Shown here in pieces: positions 8,842-22,000 of a DNA stretch of 64,000 nucleotides. Made by a program: the position numbers and the translations under genes. Position 1 is the stretch's first letter. Each line of letters begins with the position of its first letter. Source of the DNA: a virus (lineage: Duplodnaviria > Caudoviricetes); the IMG/VR virus record IMGVR_UViG_3300028025_000089; one strand, 5' to 3'. Under the pieces are notes generated by a model. That model ran no database searches, was not told where the DNA came from, and saw only the letters and a program-made list of their open reading frames with translations.

Positions 8842-10602
8842 ATGGCAGCAACTGGAACCACAAAAGATGATATAGGAACTTATTTACCGCAGGATGTGGT
8901 TACTGAATGGACTATAAATCCGCTTAAAGCTATGGATGTCGTTAAAGAAGTAGGTAAAGCGGCCGCACAAGCATTCAATTTCACCGATTCTGAACCCTTT
9001 AAATTTTTAGACGAACAGGCAACATCAATTCAAAATGCTTTTGGATTGAGTAAAGAAAGAATGTCCGAATTTAAACAAATTGTTGCCGATGTTGGTCCTG
9101 AATTGGTAAAAATGGGTTTACCATTAGAGGACGCCGCTAAGAATACCGAAGCACTTATGAATGGGCTTAAAAGTACTGGAACAATAGGTAAATCTACTAT
9201 GGTAGAGTTAGCCGCGGTTAGTAAACTAACAACTGTTGGTGTAGGTGACTTGGCAACAAATTTTAGAAATGTTGGTGTTTCTATCTATGACGTAGGTAAA
9301 GAAATGAAAGAAGTTGTTAATGAAGCCAAAAAAGCGGGTGTTGCCGTTTCTGCGGTTGCTGCTGCAGTTTCATCAAATTTAAAACAATTAAATTTATTTA
9401 ATTTTAGTAACGGAGTTGAAGGTATTACAAAAATGGCAATACAATCCGAAAGATTGGGAGCAAATATGAATACAACAATGACTATAGCGGAAAATCTTTT
9501 ATCACCTGAAAAAGCCATTGAAATGTCATCAGCACTCCAAAGACTTGGTGTGACATCAAGTCAATTATTAGATCCTTTGAGGGCTATGGATTTAGCACAA
9601 AATGATCCCGAAGAACTCCAAAACCAAATGGTTGAGTTATCAAAACAATTTACCCAATTTAATGAAGAGACTGGTAAAATGGAAATTATGCCGGGAGCAA
9701 AAAGAAGGTTAAGAGAAATTGCCACCGAACTTGGATATGATAAAGATGAGTTTGCTTCAATGGCACTCAAGGCTTCAGACTTTGATAGAAAATTATCCCA
9801 ACTTAAATTACCTGATTTTGCTTCAGATAGTAAAGAAACAAAAGAGTTAATTGCATCAATGGCACAAATGAAAGATGGTGTTGCAACAATTAATATAAAA
9901 GATCAAAAAACGGGTGAAGTTGTTTTAAAACAAGTAGACCAATTAACACCTGAAGATATAGAAAAACTTAAAACTTCACAAGAAGAACAAGGAAAAAGTG
10001 TTGAACAGTTGGCGGTAGAACAATTAGATCAGTTGAAAGGTATTAATGCTGGAATTAATGGTGTTAGAACCGCATCAGCACTCGGAAGAGCCACATCAGG
10101 ACCTATGGAAAGATTATATGAATCCATGATGGGAGTTCAAACAACTATATCGAGGGATTATGCGTCTAGAACAAAAACTGAAGGGGTTAGAACAGACGTA
10201 AGTTCCTTGACACAAAAAATGGAAGATTATGTAGTTTCAGGTTTAAAAGGTGATGAGAAGGCACAAGTCAGGGCTAAAGACGAATTTGGTGCAAACTTGG
10301 TTGCTTTAGAAGAAAAAGTAATGGCCAATCAACAAAAATATTTTGAAGAAACTATAAAAAATATTGGTGAAAATTTCAAAAAGGCATATGAAACACCGAA
10401 AGAAACTAAATCAAAAGTGGATATGAGTATTAATAGCACATTTAAAGTTGAAGGAAATGAAAATACCCAAAACTTGACAGAAGCTAATTGGGACACTATA
10501 TGGAATCAAAAATTAAATGACCCCACTTGGTTAAATACATTCAAAGAGATTTTTGGTGGTGCCAATTTACCTTCAGCCGAGGTAGGACCAAAGAAACCTT
10601 AG
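8842..10602 (+). CDS. Tape measure protein
   Basis: 586 aa, Ala/Lys/Glu-rich and helical; follows the tube and chaperone pair. Confidence 0.8.
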   Translation: MAATGTTKDDIGTYLPQDVVTEWTINPLKAMDVVKEVGKAAAQAFNFTDSEPFKFLDEQATSIQNAFGLSKERMSEFKQIVADVGPELVKMGLPLEDAAKNTEALMNGLKSTGTIGKSTMVELAAVSKLTTVGVGDLATNFRNVGVSIYDVGKEMKEVVNEAKKAGVAVSAVAAAVSSNLKQLNLFNFSNGVEGITKMAIQSERLGANMNTTMTIAENLLSPEKAIEMSSALQRLGVTSSQLLDPLRAMDLAQNDPEELQNQMVELSKQFTQFNEETGKMEIMPGAKRRLREIATELGYDKDEFASMALKASDFDRKLSQLKLPDFASDSKETKELIASMAQMKDGVATINIKDQKTGEVVLKQVDQLTPEDIEKLKTSQEEQGKSVEQLAVEQLDQLKGINAGINGVRTASALGRATSGPMERLYESMMGVQTTISRDYASRTKTEGVRTDVSSLTQKMEDYVVSGLKGDEKAQVRAKDEFGANLVALEEKVMANQQKYFEETIKNIGENFKKAYETPKETKSKVDMSINSTFKVEGNENTQNLTEANWDTIWNQKLNDPTWLNTFKEIFGGANLPSAEVGPKKP

Positions 10603-10636
10603 TAAATTACAATTTCTAAAAAAATAGACTATTATC

Positions 10637-10643
10637 TATTTAT
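10637..10643 (+). promoter_or_regulatory. TATTTAT motif
   Basis: 12 nt upstream of the ATG at 10656. Confidence 0.55.
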
Positions 10644-10655
10644 AATAAAAAAACT

Positions 10656-13600
10656 ATGTCTGAAAGTTTTTTATCGTTTGGTAATTCGGAATTATTTAGA
10701 AAACAGTTGTTGGTAAGAAATTTACCACCATACAACGTTCCCGGTGCATATACTTCACCTGAGAACCCAGTAAATTATGAAACTAATTTAAGTGTTTATA
10801 ATGTTGTTGATTCACCAAATAATTTTGTATCAACAAATTTATTTGCAAACGATTTATATCCTTTAAACGAGTATGGACCTGAAGGTGGATTTACAGGTCC
10901 AATAGGTGTGAATGTGACACCTGTATTAAACCCAAATCAAGGACCGTATTATCCTAATAGTGGAACAATTTTAGATGTTGTTAATGAATTTTATATAGAG
11001 TCTGCTTATATAACAAATAAATGGGGACCTGCAGGTGGGTTTAAAGATTTAGTAATTATAACTGACTTATCATCAGTTCAAGGAATATATCAACCGTATT
11101 GGGATCCAGGGTATTTTAATTTTTCATCATACCCAACATTTAATATTGTATTCCAAGACGACCCGAATGGTTCAAATGGTTTATTATCACAAGATAGTTA
11201 TTTGGCTCAAATTGGAGCAACACAATTAAAGTTTGCATTTAACGAAAGAGTTGCTCAAGAAATTAATCAAGCAACTATTGGATCAATTAATTTAGACACT
11301 ATAACGGATCCATTCTCTGCTAGTTTATTGGCAACAGGTCAACAACCGTTCTTTATTAGAGATTGGAGAATTACTGTTCCTGAAAATCCTGCATTGGCTG
11401 CCGTTAGTTTGGCTAATAGATTAACAGGAACTTATTTTCCTGTATCATTTATTCCTGGCGATTATTTTGATGAAAATACACCATACACAAATCCACAACA
11501 AACTAGTAATGCGGTTAATACAATTAATAATTTAACAGGTGGTTTATTATCACCAATTTTAAATAAAACTAGAAACCCATCCGAAATATTTGTTGCAAAC
11601 ACGGGTAATGGAACGAGATCTGTATTATTTGCAACTTTAAATTACAACCAATATAGACCATCATATAATATAGGTTTAGTTCAAGGATTGTCTGCAATTG
11701 CAAACGCAATCGTTGATCAAGATTCGCCAGCATCAGGAACTTACTATGTTGGTAGTCCTAATGCCGAACCAAGTTTAATTGATTCTCCGCCAAATCAAGT
11801 TCCTGTTAATGATTTTGGAGAACAACAAGCAACCATAGTTTATGGTCCACAAGAGTTGGGTGTATTGTATGAAGGTAATATTGAACAAATAAAATTTGGT
11901 TTAGCGGGAAAATCTTATTCAGATGGTGGAGGAACATCAGGACAACTTGTATGGACATCACCAAAATACAAACCTAATGCCGGATTTAAAGCAACACCTG
12001 GTGGTGGATCAGGTTCTTTAGATGACGACTTTAATCAAATATCTGCTGACTACCTACAATATCAATCAACCGATATTGATTTTAAACCGGGATCAATTTT
12101 AGATCAAACACAACAATTAGTTAATTCTGGAGATTTAGTCCAAGGTCAGGCACGTTTAAAACATGTTGGAAATGCCATTAATCAAGTTTCCAAAGTGTTT
12201 AATGATGGTTATAAAGAATTAACAAAAGGATCAAGGGTATTATCATATGTAAACCAAACAGACGGGACAGAAGCCGGAATCGAATATTGTAGAGTATTCC
12301 AAAAAGATACACCGTATTATACATATAACGACCTTCAAAAAACAGACGGGATTACAACTTCAGGTAGAAGAATGGAATATTCAGTATTTGATAATACATA
12401 TAATTTGAATATTGCTCCAATTAGAAATCCTGGATCCACAAATATTGTTGATGGTCGAGTGAAAAAATACATGTTGTCGATTGAAAACTTGGCATGGAGA
12501 ACATCTGACAGACCAGGATTTACTTATGATGAATTACCTGTTTGTGAAAAAGGACCAAACGGTGGTAGAATTATGTGGTTTCCACCTTATAATTTAACTT
12601 ACACTGATAAACCAGCGGTTACTTTTAATTCTACTGATTTTTTAGGAAGACCTGAACCAATATATACTTATAAAAATTCATCAAGATCAGGATCGATAGG
12701 TTTTACAATTATTGTTGACCACCCTTCCGCGATGAATACAATAATAGAAAAACAACTACAAGGGGTTCAAAAAGAAAGAATCCAAAGTATTGTCGATTCA
12801 TTTTATGCTGGTTGTGTAAAATATGATTTATATGAATTGGCCGCGAAGTTTAACACTATACCAACAAAAGATTTATATACTTATCAAGAGATTTTAAATA
12901 ACCCAAGATTAACACAAGAAGAACAACTTCAGGTATTTGAAAGTATACCGGCCGATCAAACAGTGACCAATCAGGGTCAAACTCCGGCTGCCGATCCATT
13001 ACCAAATTCAACTGCCGCAGGAACTCAAACTGCGGAAAATCCACCACCAGACTTTAATTGGTCTCAATATGAAGGGTTAGGATTCTATTTTGAAAATGAC
13101 GTTCCTGGAGGACCTAACGGAACAAAACCTGGTGAAAACAAACAAGGTGGGACTTCAGCATCTAGTTTTGATGTTTATTATAATCAATATATTGGTTTAA
13201 AACCGGTTTATAATGAAAAGGCTCCGAAATACGTAAACTCGGATGGTAAGATATTTGAATCCGCGGGGATCCCTAATTTCTTTTCACAAGTTGTCGAAGG
13301 AAATTTCAATACAATCCAAACAGAACTAATCAAACAAATTGATGATGTTTTAGTAAAATATGAAAAAAGTGATATAACTATTGAAATGATAGGATCCGCA
13401 TCGGCTCCACAAGAAGAATCTTATAATAAAAAGTTATCTGAAAGAAGAAACGATTCGGTTAAAAAATGGTTTTCAAATGTGACTCTATCAAACGGAAAAA
13501 AAATATCGGAGTATGGTGAAAGATTTAAACTAATTTTAGTTCCACAAGGTGAAGTTACAGTAATTCCACAAACAAAAGCAATTGCATCAGGAACACCTGA

Positions 13601-15737
13601 AACAAATGATATAAGTGTATCAAACGCTCAAGGTGGTGATGTTTTATCTGCAAGTATCAATTGTAATGTTGATTCATTTGCTGTAACGCAAAATGGAACT
13701 AAAATACCTGATCAAACTTTTCCTAATGAGGCTCAATGGTATAGTATACCAGCTATGGCTTGTAGAAGGGTTGCGATTCAAAAAATTACGGCCGTTATTC
13801 AACCACAAGTACCGAAAATAGAAAACACAACAACAACTACGACTAATAACCCTCAGAACATTTTAACTGGTATAACTCAAAGTATTAAACCAGAACCTAA
13901 AATAACTATTGAACAAAAGTTAAAAGAAGGTATTTCTAAAAAGATTTTAAGGAATTTATTTTCAGAATGTGACTATTTTGAAGTGATAAAACAGACAGAT
14001 CCTATGATGTATGACAGCATCAAAGAACAGATCAAATATTTTAGTCCGGCATTTCACTCCATGACACCTGAAGGATTGAATAGTAGACTTACATTCTTAA
14101 ATCAATGTTCAAGACCTGGACAAACTATTCCTGTTATAGGTCCTGATGGAAGACCAAAATACAATGACGCACTAAACACTTCATTTGGTGCACCACCGAT
14201 ACTTGTAATTAGAGTTGGTGACTTTTATCATTGTAAAGCAGTTCCAACGACAATTTCATTAACTAATAAAACACCAATATTTGATATTAATCCAGAAGGT
14301 ATTGGATTACAACCAATGATGGTAGATGTTCAAATTGACTTTAATATAATTGGTGGTATGGGATTAAAAGGTCCTGTTGATGAAATACAAACGGCACTTT
14401 CTTTTAATTATTACGCAAACACTGAGATATATGACGAAAGAGCAACTGCAACAGATATTGAAAGCACAGAAAAAAATGACAAATATGTTATAGAACAAAT
14501 AAATGGTGGAGTTCCACCTGTTAGTCAACAACAACAAGCTCAAATTAATAGTGTTCAACCAAAAAAGGGAGGATCTACAGTGGGTCAAATACTAAGTGAT
14601 ACTGAAATAGATTATACCGGAATTTACGATTCCCTTCAATCTAAAACACAAGAGTATTTTAAAACTTACTTTGAAGCACTTCAAAAATTAAATGACAATT
14701 ATTCTTATGGTGCCGTTCAGTTGGGTATTAAGGATAGAAGTTATGTAAAAGGTAAAATAAGTGAATATACGAATGAAAAGAAAGATTTAGACTTATTTGG
14801 TAAAAGTAATACATATCAAGAATTAGTTGAAACACTTAAAGGTAGGATAAACAAAGATATAACCGAAGAAAAAGATCCAATCTATGACGGTTTACCAGGA
14901 GATGTTAAAAGTTCAATTACGGGAAAACAAAAAAGAGAATTTCAGGAAAGATTACAAACTTTAGTCAATAATCAACAGACAAAAATGTTAGACATTATTA
15001 ATAACAACATGTCAAACATTGTAAAAATTGAAGATGAGTTAAATTATATTTTTAGACAATTAGATGTGGTAGCATCTAAACTTGATGGAGAATTATTACA
15101 AAGTAATGAACCTAAACTATATGATTTAAGTGGAGATTCTTTTTTTAATATCACAACTAATTCTGGTTCGATATATAGTGTATATACAGAAAGTTTAAAA
15201 AACATTATTGATAGTTATAATTCATTACTATTAGAATTTAACATAACTAAAGATTTTTACAACAAATCTGAGTCAGTAATTAGTGACCAAAATAATTGTT
15301 CTTTTCAAATCATTGATGCAGGTAATAATTATTGGGTCAAATGTCCAAATAATAGATTTGGTATTTATATGACTCCAGAGTTTTTAAATCCAGATAGTTT
15401 TACAAAACTACAAAACTTTTTAACTGAAGGACCTGAAATTAAAACAAACCCAATAGTCGTAGAAGGTATAAAAAAATCTTGTGAAAAGTTTAAAGTGGAA
15501 TGTGTTAATTTTCAAGATTTAACTAAACAAAATTATTTTGATAAAGTTGTTGGTGATCAAAGATATGTTAGTGCAACTACTTGGAAGTTACCCGATAATA
15601 CAATTAAAAAATGTAATTACACAACAAACGTTACACAAGACGTTCAAACAAAAACTAAAAGAATTAAAGACTTATATTCAAATATAAACCTTAATAGTGA
15701 CAATAACACTTTTAATGGAAAAGTAACACTCAATTAA
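10656..15737 (+). CDS. Giant baseplate/tube-initiator-like protein (1693 aa) with an inserted OmpA-like domain
   Basis: FLGRPEPIYTY...R and PP.L.IRVGD...P.MVDV.IDF tube-initiator-like halves flank FYFEND...GSAS...YNKKLSERRN.SV...RRV; follows the tape measure. Confidence 0.65.
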   Translation: MSESFLSFGNSELFRKQLLVRNLPPYNVPGAYTSPENPVNYETNLSVYNVVDSPNNFVSTNLFANDLYPLNEYGPEGGFTGPIGVNVTPVLNPNQGPYYPNSGTILDVVNEFYIESAYITNKWGPAGGFKDLVIITDLSSVQGIYQPYWDPGYFNFSSYPTFNIVFQDDPNGSNGLLSQDSYLAQIGATQLKFAFNERVAQEINQATIGSINLDTITDPFSASLLATGQQPFFIRDWRITVPENPALAAVSLANRLTGTYFPVSFIPGDYFDENTPYTNPQQTSNAVNTINNLTGGLLSPILNKTRNPSEIFVANTGNGTRSVLFATLNYNQYRPSYNIGLVQGLSAIANAIVDQDSPASGTYYVGSPNAEPSLIDSPPNQVPVNDFGEQQATIVYGPQELGVLYEGNIEQIKFGLAGKSYSDGGGTSGQLVWTSPKYKPNAGFKATPGGGSGSLDDDFNQISADYLQYQSTDIDFKPGSILDQTQQLVNSGDLVQGQARLKHVGNAINQVSKVFNDGYKELTKGSRVLSYVNQTDGTEAGIEYCRVFQKDTPYYTYNDLQKTDGITTSGRRMEYSVFDNTYNLNIAPIRNPGSTNIVDGRVKKYMLSIENLAWRTSDRPGFTYDELPVCEKGPNGGRIMWFPPYNLTYTDKPAVTFNSTDFLGRPEPIYTYKNSSRSGSIGFTIIVDHPSAMNTIIEKQLQGVQKERIQSIVDSFYAGCVKYDLYELAAKFNTIPTKDLYTYQEILNNPRLTQEEQLQVFESIPADQTVTNQGQTPAADPLPNSTAAGTQTAENPPPDFNWSQYEGLGFYFENDVPGGPNGTKPGENKQGGTSASSFDVYYNQYIGLKPVYNEKAPKYVNSDGKIFESAGIPNFFSQVVEGNFNTIQTELIKQIDDVLVKYEKSDITIEMIGSASAPQEESYNKKLSERRNDSVKKWFSNVTLSNGKKISEYGERFKLILVPQGEVTVIPQTKAIASGTPETNDISVSNAQGGDVLSASINCNVDSFAVTQNGTKIPDQTFPNEAQWYSIPAMACRRVAIQKITAVIQPQVPKIENTTTTTTNNPQNILTGITQSIKPEPKITIEQKLKEGISKKILRNLFSECDYFEVIKQTDPMMYDSIKEQIKYFSPAFHSMTPEGLNSRLTFLNQCSRPGQTIPVIGPDGRPKYNDALNTSFGAPPILVIRVGDFYHCKAVPTTISLTNKTPIFDINPEGIGLQPMMVDVQIDFNIIGGMGLKGPVDEIQTALSFNYYANTEIYDERATATDIESTEKNDKYVIEQINGGVPPVSQQQQAQINSVQPKKGGSTVGQILSDTEIDYTGIYDSLQSKTQEYFKTYFEALQKLNDNYSYGAVQLGIKDRSYVKGKISEYTNEKKDLDLFGKSNTYQELVETLKGRINKDITEEKDPIYDGLPGDVKSSITGKQKREFQERLQTLVNNQQTKMLDIINNNMSNIVKIEDELNYIFRQLDVVASKLDGELLQSNEPKLYDLSGDSFFNITTNSGSIYSVYTESLKNIIDSYNSLLLEFNITKDFYNKSESVISDQNNCSFQIIDAGNNYWVKCPNNRFGIYMTPEFLNPDSFTKLQNFLTEGPEIKTNPIVVEGIKKSCEKFKVECVNFQDLTKQNYFDKVVGDQRYVSATTWKLPDNTIKKCNYTTNVTQDVQTKTKRIKDLYSNINLNSDNNTFNGKVTLN

Positions 15738-15738
15738 A

Positions 15739-16062
15739 ATGGCACAACAATATTGGAATAGATATACCGATTTTTTATTAAATGGACAACAGACAGTTGT
15801 TCCGTATATTCAGTTACCATCTAAGACAACAGATAAAAATTATATTTATAAAGTTGCCCAATCAAGACTTGATAAAATATCACAACAATTTTATGGAACA
15901 CCATACTTTGGTTGGTTAATACAGGTGGCAAACCCACAGTATTCAGGTAGTGAATTTTCAATACCTGACGGTGCAGTATTGACTATTCCATTTCCTTTAA
16001 TAGCTTCATTACAAGACTATAAAAACTCTTACGAAAATTACTTCTTTTATTATGGTAGGTAA
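15739..16062 (+). CDS. LysM/gp53-like baseplate wedge protein
   Basis: RLDKISQQFYGTPYFGWLIQVANP...IPDGAVLTIP. Confidence 0.85.
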   Translation: MAQQYWNRYTDFLLNGQQTVVPYIQLPSKTTDKNYIYKVAQSRLDKISQQFYGTPYFGWLIQVANPQYSGSEFSIPDGAVLTIPFPLIASLQDYKNSYENYFFYYGR

Positions 16063-19000
16063 CCAAGAAAATATACTTGTAGAATTTGATTATGATAACA
16101 TTACTTTAATAGATCCAAACAGTGTTGTAGACGAACAAGGAAACGTTAAAGAAAGAACAGTCAAACAAGAAGACTTGGTAATGTATGCCAATTTGGAATG
16201 TAACGTTTTACCTAGAACCAAATTAGCCGTTGGTTCGGCAATGAATGACTCTCAAAGAACAATATCAGTTGGAAAAATTAATTTTTTAAATCCTGGAAAC
16301 AAACAATTTTTAGACACAAAATGGACTGATGAATTAACAGGAAAAGATACACTAACAGGTAAAGGTGTAAATCAACCTAAATTAACTGCGGTTAAAAACC
16401 CTAACTTACCTGATGATTATTATTTAACACAAAACATATTATCAAATGGAAATCCTGGGGCGGTTGATAATGGTTTATTGGGTATTAAACATATTAGTGT
16501 AAGTTATAATACAACATTTGTCCCCGAAATAAACATAACACTTGAAGATGTTAAAGGGAGGGCTTTGTTTGAATCGGGAAATAATTCACCATATGCTGCA
16601 TTTTTTCAACTACCATACCCACAATTTACATTAACTCTCAAAGGTTATTATGGAAAGGCAATTAAATTACCAATTATGCTTCAAAATTTCAATTCGAGAT
16701 TTGAACCAACAACAGGTAATTTTACAATAACTTTAAAATTTTTAGGATATAAATACACCCTTCTTTCATATGTTAATTTTGCTAACTTAATGGCAGTTCC
16801 ACATATGTATAACAATGTTGTATCTCAAACAACGGTTTCAACAGAACAAGGAACCAATACAAACGAAAACGTTTTACAAAGCCCAACTATTGTTAGTAAG
16901 GGTTATCAAAAAATGAAAGAAATATATTCAATATATAAATCAAAAGGATTAATTGCTGATGATTTTCCCGAAATAACATTGAATCAATTAAAGTATAGAT
17001 TACAAGTTTTTATTAAAGATGTCTTAGACAGTTATGCTAAAGAAAATTTAGGGGCGTTGACAACTATGACAGAATATACAAACAACTTGTTGGATTATCA
17101 AAAAAATGTGTTTACAGGAAATAACTCATGGTTTAATAAGTATTTGGATATAAAAAATCCTATAGTTTTAAAAAGTGGTCAAAATGTTTATGGGTTTAAA
17201 AAAACATTAAACGAACCACAAAAAAAACAAGATTTAGCAACAGAGTTAGATGGTATTATAAAAAATTATAACACCAAGTTAAATCAAAATGGTATATACG
17301 GAATAAATGGAAGTTATACCGTAGGTAACAAAACTATTAAAACACAAATACCGGTTAATATTAATTTGGCGACTTGTCAGGTATCTGGTATAACATTAAA
17401 TGACATTGATATTAGAAAAACATTTGCGGCATCAGAAACGGCACCAAAAGGTGAATTATCACCATTTAATACTCCACCATCCGCATTTACAAAAACTGAC
17501 TTAGCCTTTCTTACCTTTACAAATAATTTTATAAAAGAATCTAACCCAACTGGTGAATCGTATTATTTCTTTGAAGGGAAAACTTCATTTATGAGTATTA
17601 CGGATCAAATTGGAAAAGATGCATCCAAACTTCGAACACAAGTAGAACAACAAATAACAGAAAACTTGGCCGTCAAATTTAGTCAGAAAGGTGACAAAGG
17701 ATTAGGATTTACACCATCTATTAGAAATATTTTAGCAATATTTTATTGTCAGGGTGAAGCATTTTTAAGATTGATGGATGAGGTTCATAAGAAAGCTTGG
17801 GATCAAAGAGAAAATCCATTTAGACGTGCTGCTATTTTCGGAAACGCATCAACAGCACCAAGTGTTGATTTAACAACATCAACACAAAATAATGAACCAA
17901 TATATCCATGGCCACAGATTATAAAAGAATCTACGGGTGAAGACGGTAAAGAAAAATTTGAAACAATATATCCGGGAGCTCAAAATGTTGCCGGAATCTA
18001 CAGATCATACAATACTGAAATATGGCCTGAGGTAGAATTTGTTGAACAATTCATAAAAGGGTTTACACAAAGACAAAATGATGCCAACAAACGAGGTGCC
18101 GAATTTGATGAATCAGATCAACAACCACAAAGAATTTCATTAAACGCAATTGATTTCCCTGTTTCAAATGACGTGCTTCAAAACAAAGAAGAATCAAAAT
18201 ACTTTTTTGAAATATATGAAAGATTAATATTAAATTCATACTATAGCCTTTTCAACAGACAATCTGGTTATAACTCGGCTATATATGAAGTTGAGGCGGA
18301 CAATGAAGGAACAAACATATTAAAAAGTTTAGGAACAGATAATCCGTATTTATCAAAAACGATAAAAGAATATCTTTTAGATGGAACAAATTACTTACCA
18401 TTTTTAAGACATATATCTAACGAAGGTCAAGGTGAAAGTTGGCAATCTTTTATTAGAGGTGAATTTGTTACATCATATATTAAAAACGATGTCAATAATT
18501 CTGCGGTATTATATAACGGAGATATTTTTAGTTCTACTAAATCACAACCTAGTGTCTCTTTGGTTAACGCTAAAGATCTTACAAACTTAGAAAACTATAT
18601 AACACAAACATCGACTAATAATGAATATGTTTTTGGCGACACATATCCAATTATCAATCTAAATTGGGATCAAAATAATTTGGCAAACGGAAAAAGTTTA
18701 AATAATGCTAATGAAGCGTTTGACACCAAATTAGTTTTAGAATATAATGATATTCACAAAACAATTACAAATTTTGATATAGATGATACAACAACAACCA
18801 AAAGGCCTGTAACATATTTTAATTATGAAAATTTAAACGTCACATTGGATACGAATGATCTGAAAAACTTTTATGAAAATAGAAAACTAACAGATCAACT
18901 AATAACAGAAGGTAATTTAGAATACGATAATTATTCGAACTATCTAACTGACATGCAATCAACATCAATGTTAAATACACCATATTTTATAAATGCAATA

Positions 19001-22000
19001 CAAAAAGGGGTATTTAACTTTAGATACGAACAAAGAGACCAATACCCATATAAGTTAGCTGCATATTTGTTTTTGAATAGTTTACCATTAGCAACATTAA
19101 GAGAAAAATATGTTTCCAAAAATGGAAACTCAACTACGGATTTAAATTATATTTTATCAACTTTTAAAAAGTTTGGTGCTGTTCATAAATTACCATATGC
19201 TTGGATTTTAAAATATGGATCAATTTGGCATCGTTATAAAATATACAAAGAAACAGGACAAGACATTTTAGATGAGGTTTGGACTGACTTTAATTATAAA
19301 GAAAATTGGGATCCCGTTAATTCAGCAACTACATTAAATTATAATTTAGTTATTGATGGAACACAAAGAGATTTAGTTCTAGACACAACAAGTGGAACTC
19401 CATCTTTCACAGATATTAATACAGGATTTTACCCACAATTAGTTGATGACTTTAGTGTCTTCATCCAGGGGTTAAAAATATTTAGTGGTCAGACACAAGT
19501 TAGTGGAACGTGTGTTAGTCAACAAATTACTGGAACATGTAATACCTATGAAGTTACGGGAACTTGTTCTACAACAGGAACAGGTATTACAATTAATTCT
19601 ATTTCAAAGAATTACATAACAACACCACACACTATTTTTGTTCCACAACTTAATGCAACAATACAATTAGTTTCACAAGTAAGCGGAATATCGGGAGGAA
19701 CAGGTTATTATACAACACCACTAAACTTTAACGCTGCGTTTAGTAATCTTAATTTTGTCTTGGGATCATTTGCCGACATTACTAACACCACACAATACCC
19801 AAATCAAGTGGGTCAAATTTTAAGTGGTAGTTCTTCTGTTTCGGCAATTACAATTCAAAGTGTTTATAGTGCGTCAACGGGAACTACATCAATCTATGAA
19901 GTAAGTAAAATATCTGCAGAAACATTTAATTATACGGTATTAAATCCACCACTACAAATCGTGGCAATAAGTTCAAACGTAATATCAGGAGGAACAATAC
20001 TTAATGGACCAAATTTGAACGGTAATATAAAAATAGCATCTCAAATATCAGGAACAACAGGAGGTATTGGTTTATATAATATTACAAATATACAACCACC
20101 AACATCATCACCATTTGTTGTTCAAGGGGCATTCGTTCAAGGAATCGGATCACAACAAATTCAAAATTTGATTAATAATGGTAAATTGGTTTTGATGAAT
20201 ACCACCAATTCAACAATATTTGAAACATCTGGTTTTGATCCTAACAACTCTCAAAGATCGATGAGGGTTAGTCCGTGGTCTGTTGTATTAAGACAAATTA
20301 CTGATGCTAATACTTATTTTGTTGTCCCATCTTTTGGTGCGAATTTAAATCAGGCTAAGTTTGAAGCATTTAAAAATGGTAATATGAAAGTTGAACTTTC
20401 AAATAATCCCGCAATGTTTAATGGAAGTGTTAGATTGTTTTGGAATTTACCACAATATGGTTGGTTTGACAATACAAAAGTTGTTAAAAACAATCCTGAA
20501 ACTTATTTGAAAAAAATAATTAATGATCAAAAAGACCAACAAAACTTTTTAATTACAGGAAAAAATACTGACTATACTGATTTTGAAGAATTGTTTACAA
20601 CATTCGATACTAAAATTTTAGATTATTTTGAATCAGAGTTTTTAAATTACAGTAGATCCGTTTACGACTATGTTGATACATTACCTGAAAATAAGACATA
20701 CGAATTAGAAACAACAACAAATGAAAGTAATCCTGACGGAACAATAAGTTTAGAATCTGACAAAGGGTTTAAAAACTTCCATTACTTTATGAGAGAACTT
20801 TTAAAAGTAACAGTTCCTGTGGGGAGTTCACCAGAAACAAAATTATCAAGTATTATAGAAAGTCAAAATCAAACATTCCAAAAGTTATTAAGTTCATTTA
20901 TGAACTATGATGTAGCTTTTAAATATGGAAATCCGTCTAACTTTGATAGAAGATTATTTTTGACATTTTCTACAAGATTTATACAAGACCCAATAATATA
21001 TTCACCATATAACTTTGGAAATTTACCACCACAAGTTACGCTACAACAATCAAAACAACAAAACCCTAAAACATGGGAAGCTTTGGAATATTATGTTGGT
21101 AAATCTTCTATTCCACAATTAGAATACAAAAATAGTGGATCATATATAACGGACTTTTTTATTGACATGAATGTTCAGTTTAATGAAAAAAATGTTAAAG
21201 ACTTTGCACCGATTATAAAAATATATGCATCTGAAAAATTAAAAGATAATAACTTAAATCTAACTAAGTTTTATTCTTTGATGGACGATTATTTTATACA
21301 ATCTGACAATTATATAAACAATGTAATAAATACAATGTTACCTTATGTTAGAAAACAATTACCAAATGTTATTATTAATGCCGATGAAAGTGATACGAGA
21401 GCTCCTTTGGAGGCTGGTTATACCGAACAAACAAGAACAGAACTTTGGGACACATTTAAAAGTTTAAATGACACATGGATTGCAGGATTTGATTTTCAAA
21501 ACAAAACATTATTTGAAGATGTGATGTTGGTAGATAGGGCGAGTAGAGATCTTGGAGATAAAATTTTAGTTGATATATTTGAAGTTCAAGACCTTGTTGA
21601 AAATGGAAACTACAAGGCGACTTTGTTAGATATGATTACTACAATATTGGTTCAAAATAATTTCCAACACTTTATGTTACCCGCATTTGTTAATTTTTAT
21701 AACGTTCAAGATGTTCAAAAAAATCCAACACCAAGAACTGAAGGAACTTTAGACTTTGCAAATACTTTATTTGGAACTTATTTGAATGTTGATTACAGAG
21801 AAAGTTCACCAAAATTTTTATGTTATTATACAAGTGTTCCAAGTCAACACTTACAAATGAAAGAAAATGTGGATTACAAATATAGAGATGATGCTTTTGA
21901 TTTAAGACGGGCGAGTGATAACCCGTTAACTGAAAACCAAGCAAACAAAACAGATTGGGACAAATCTAATAAAGTGGTTGGATTTAATGTGGACTTTGGT

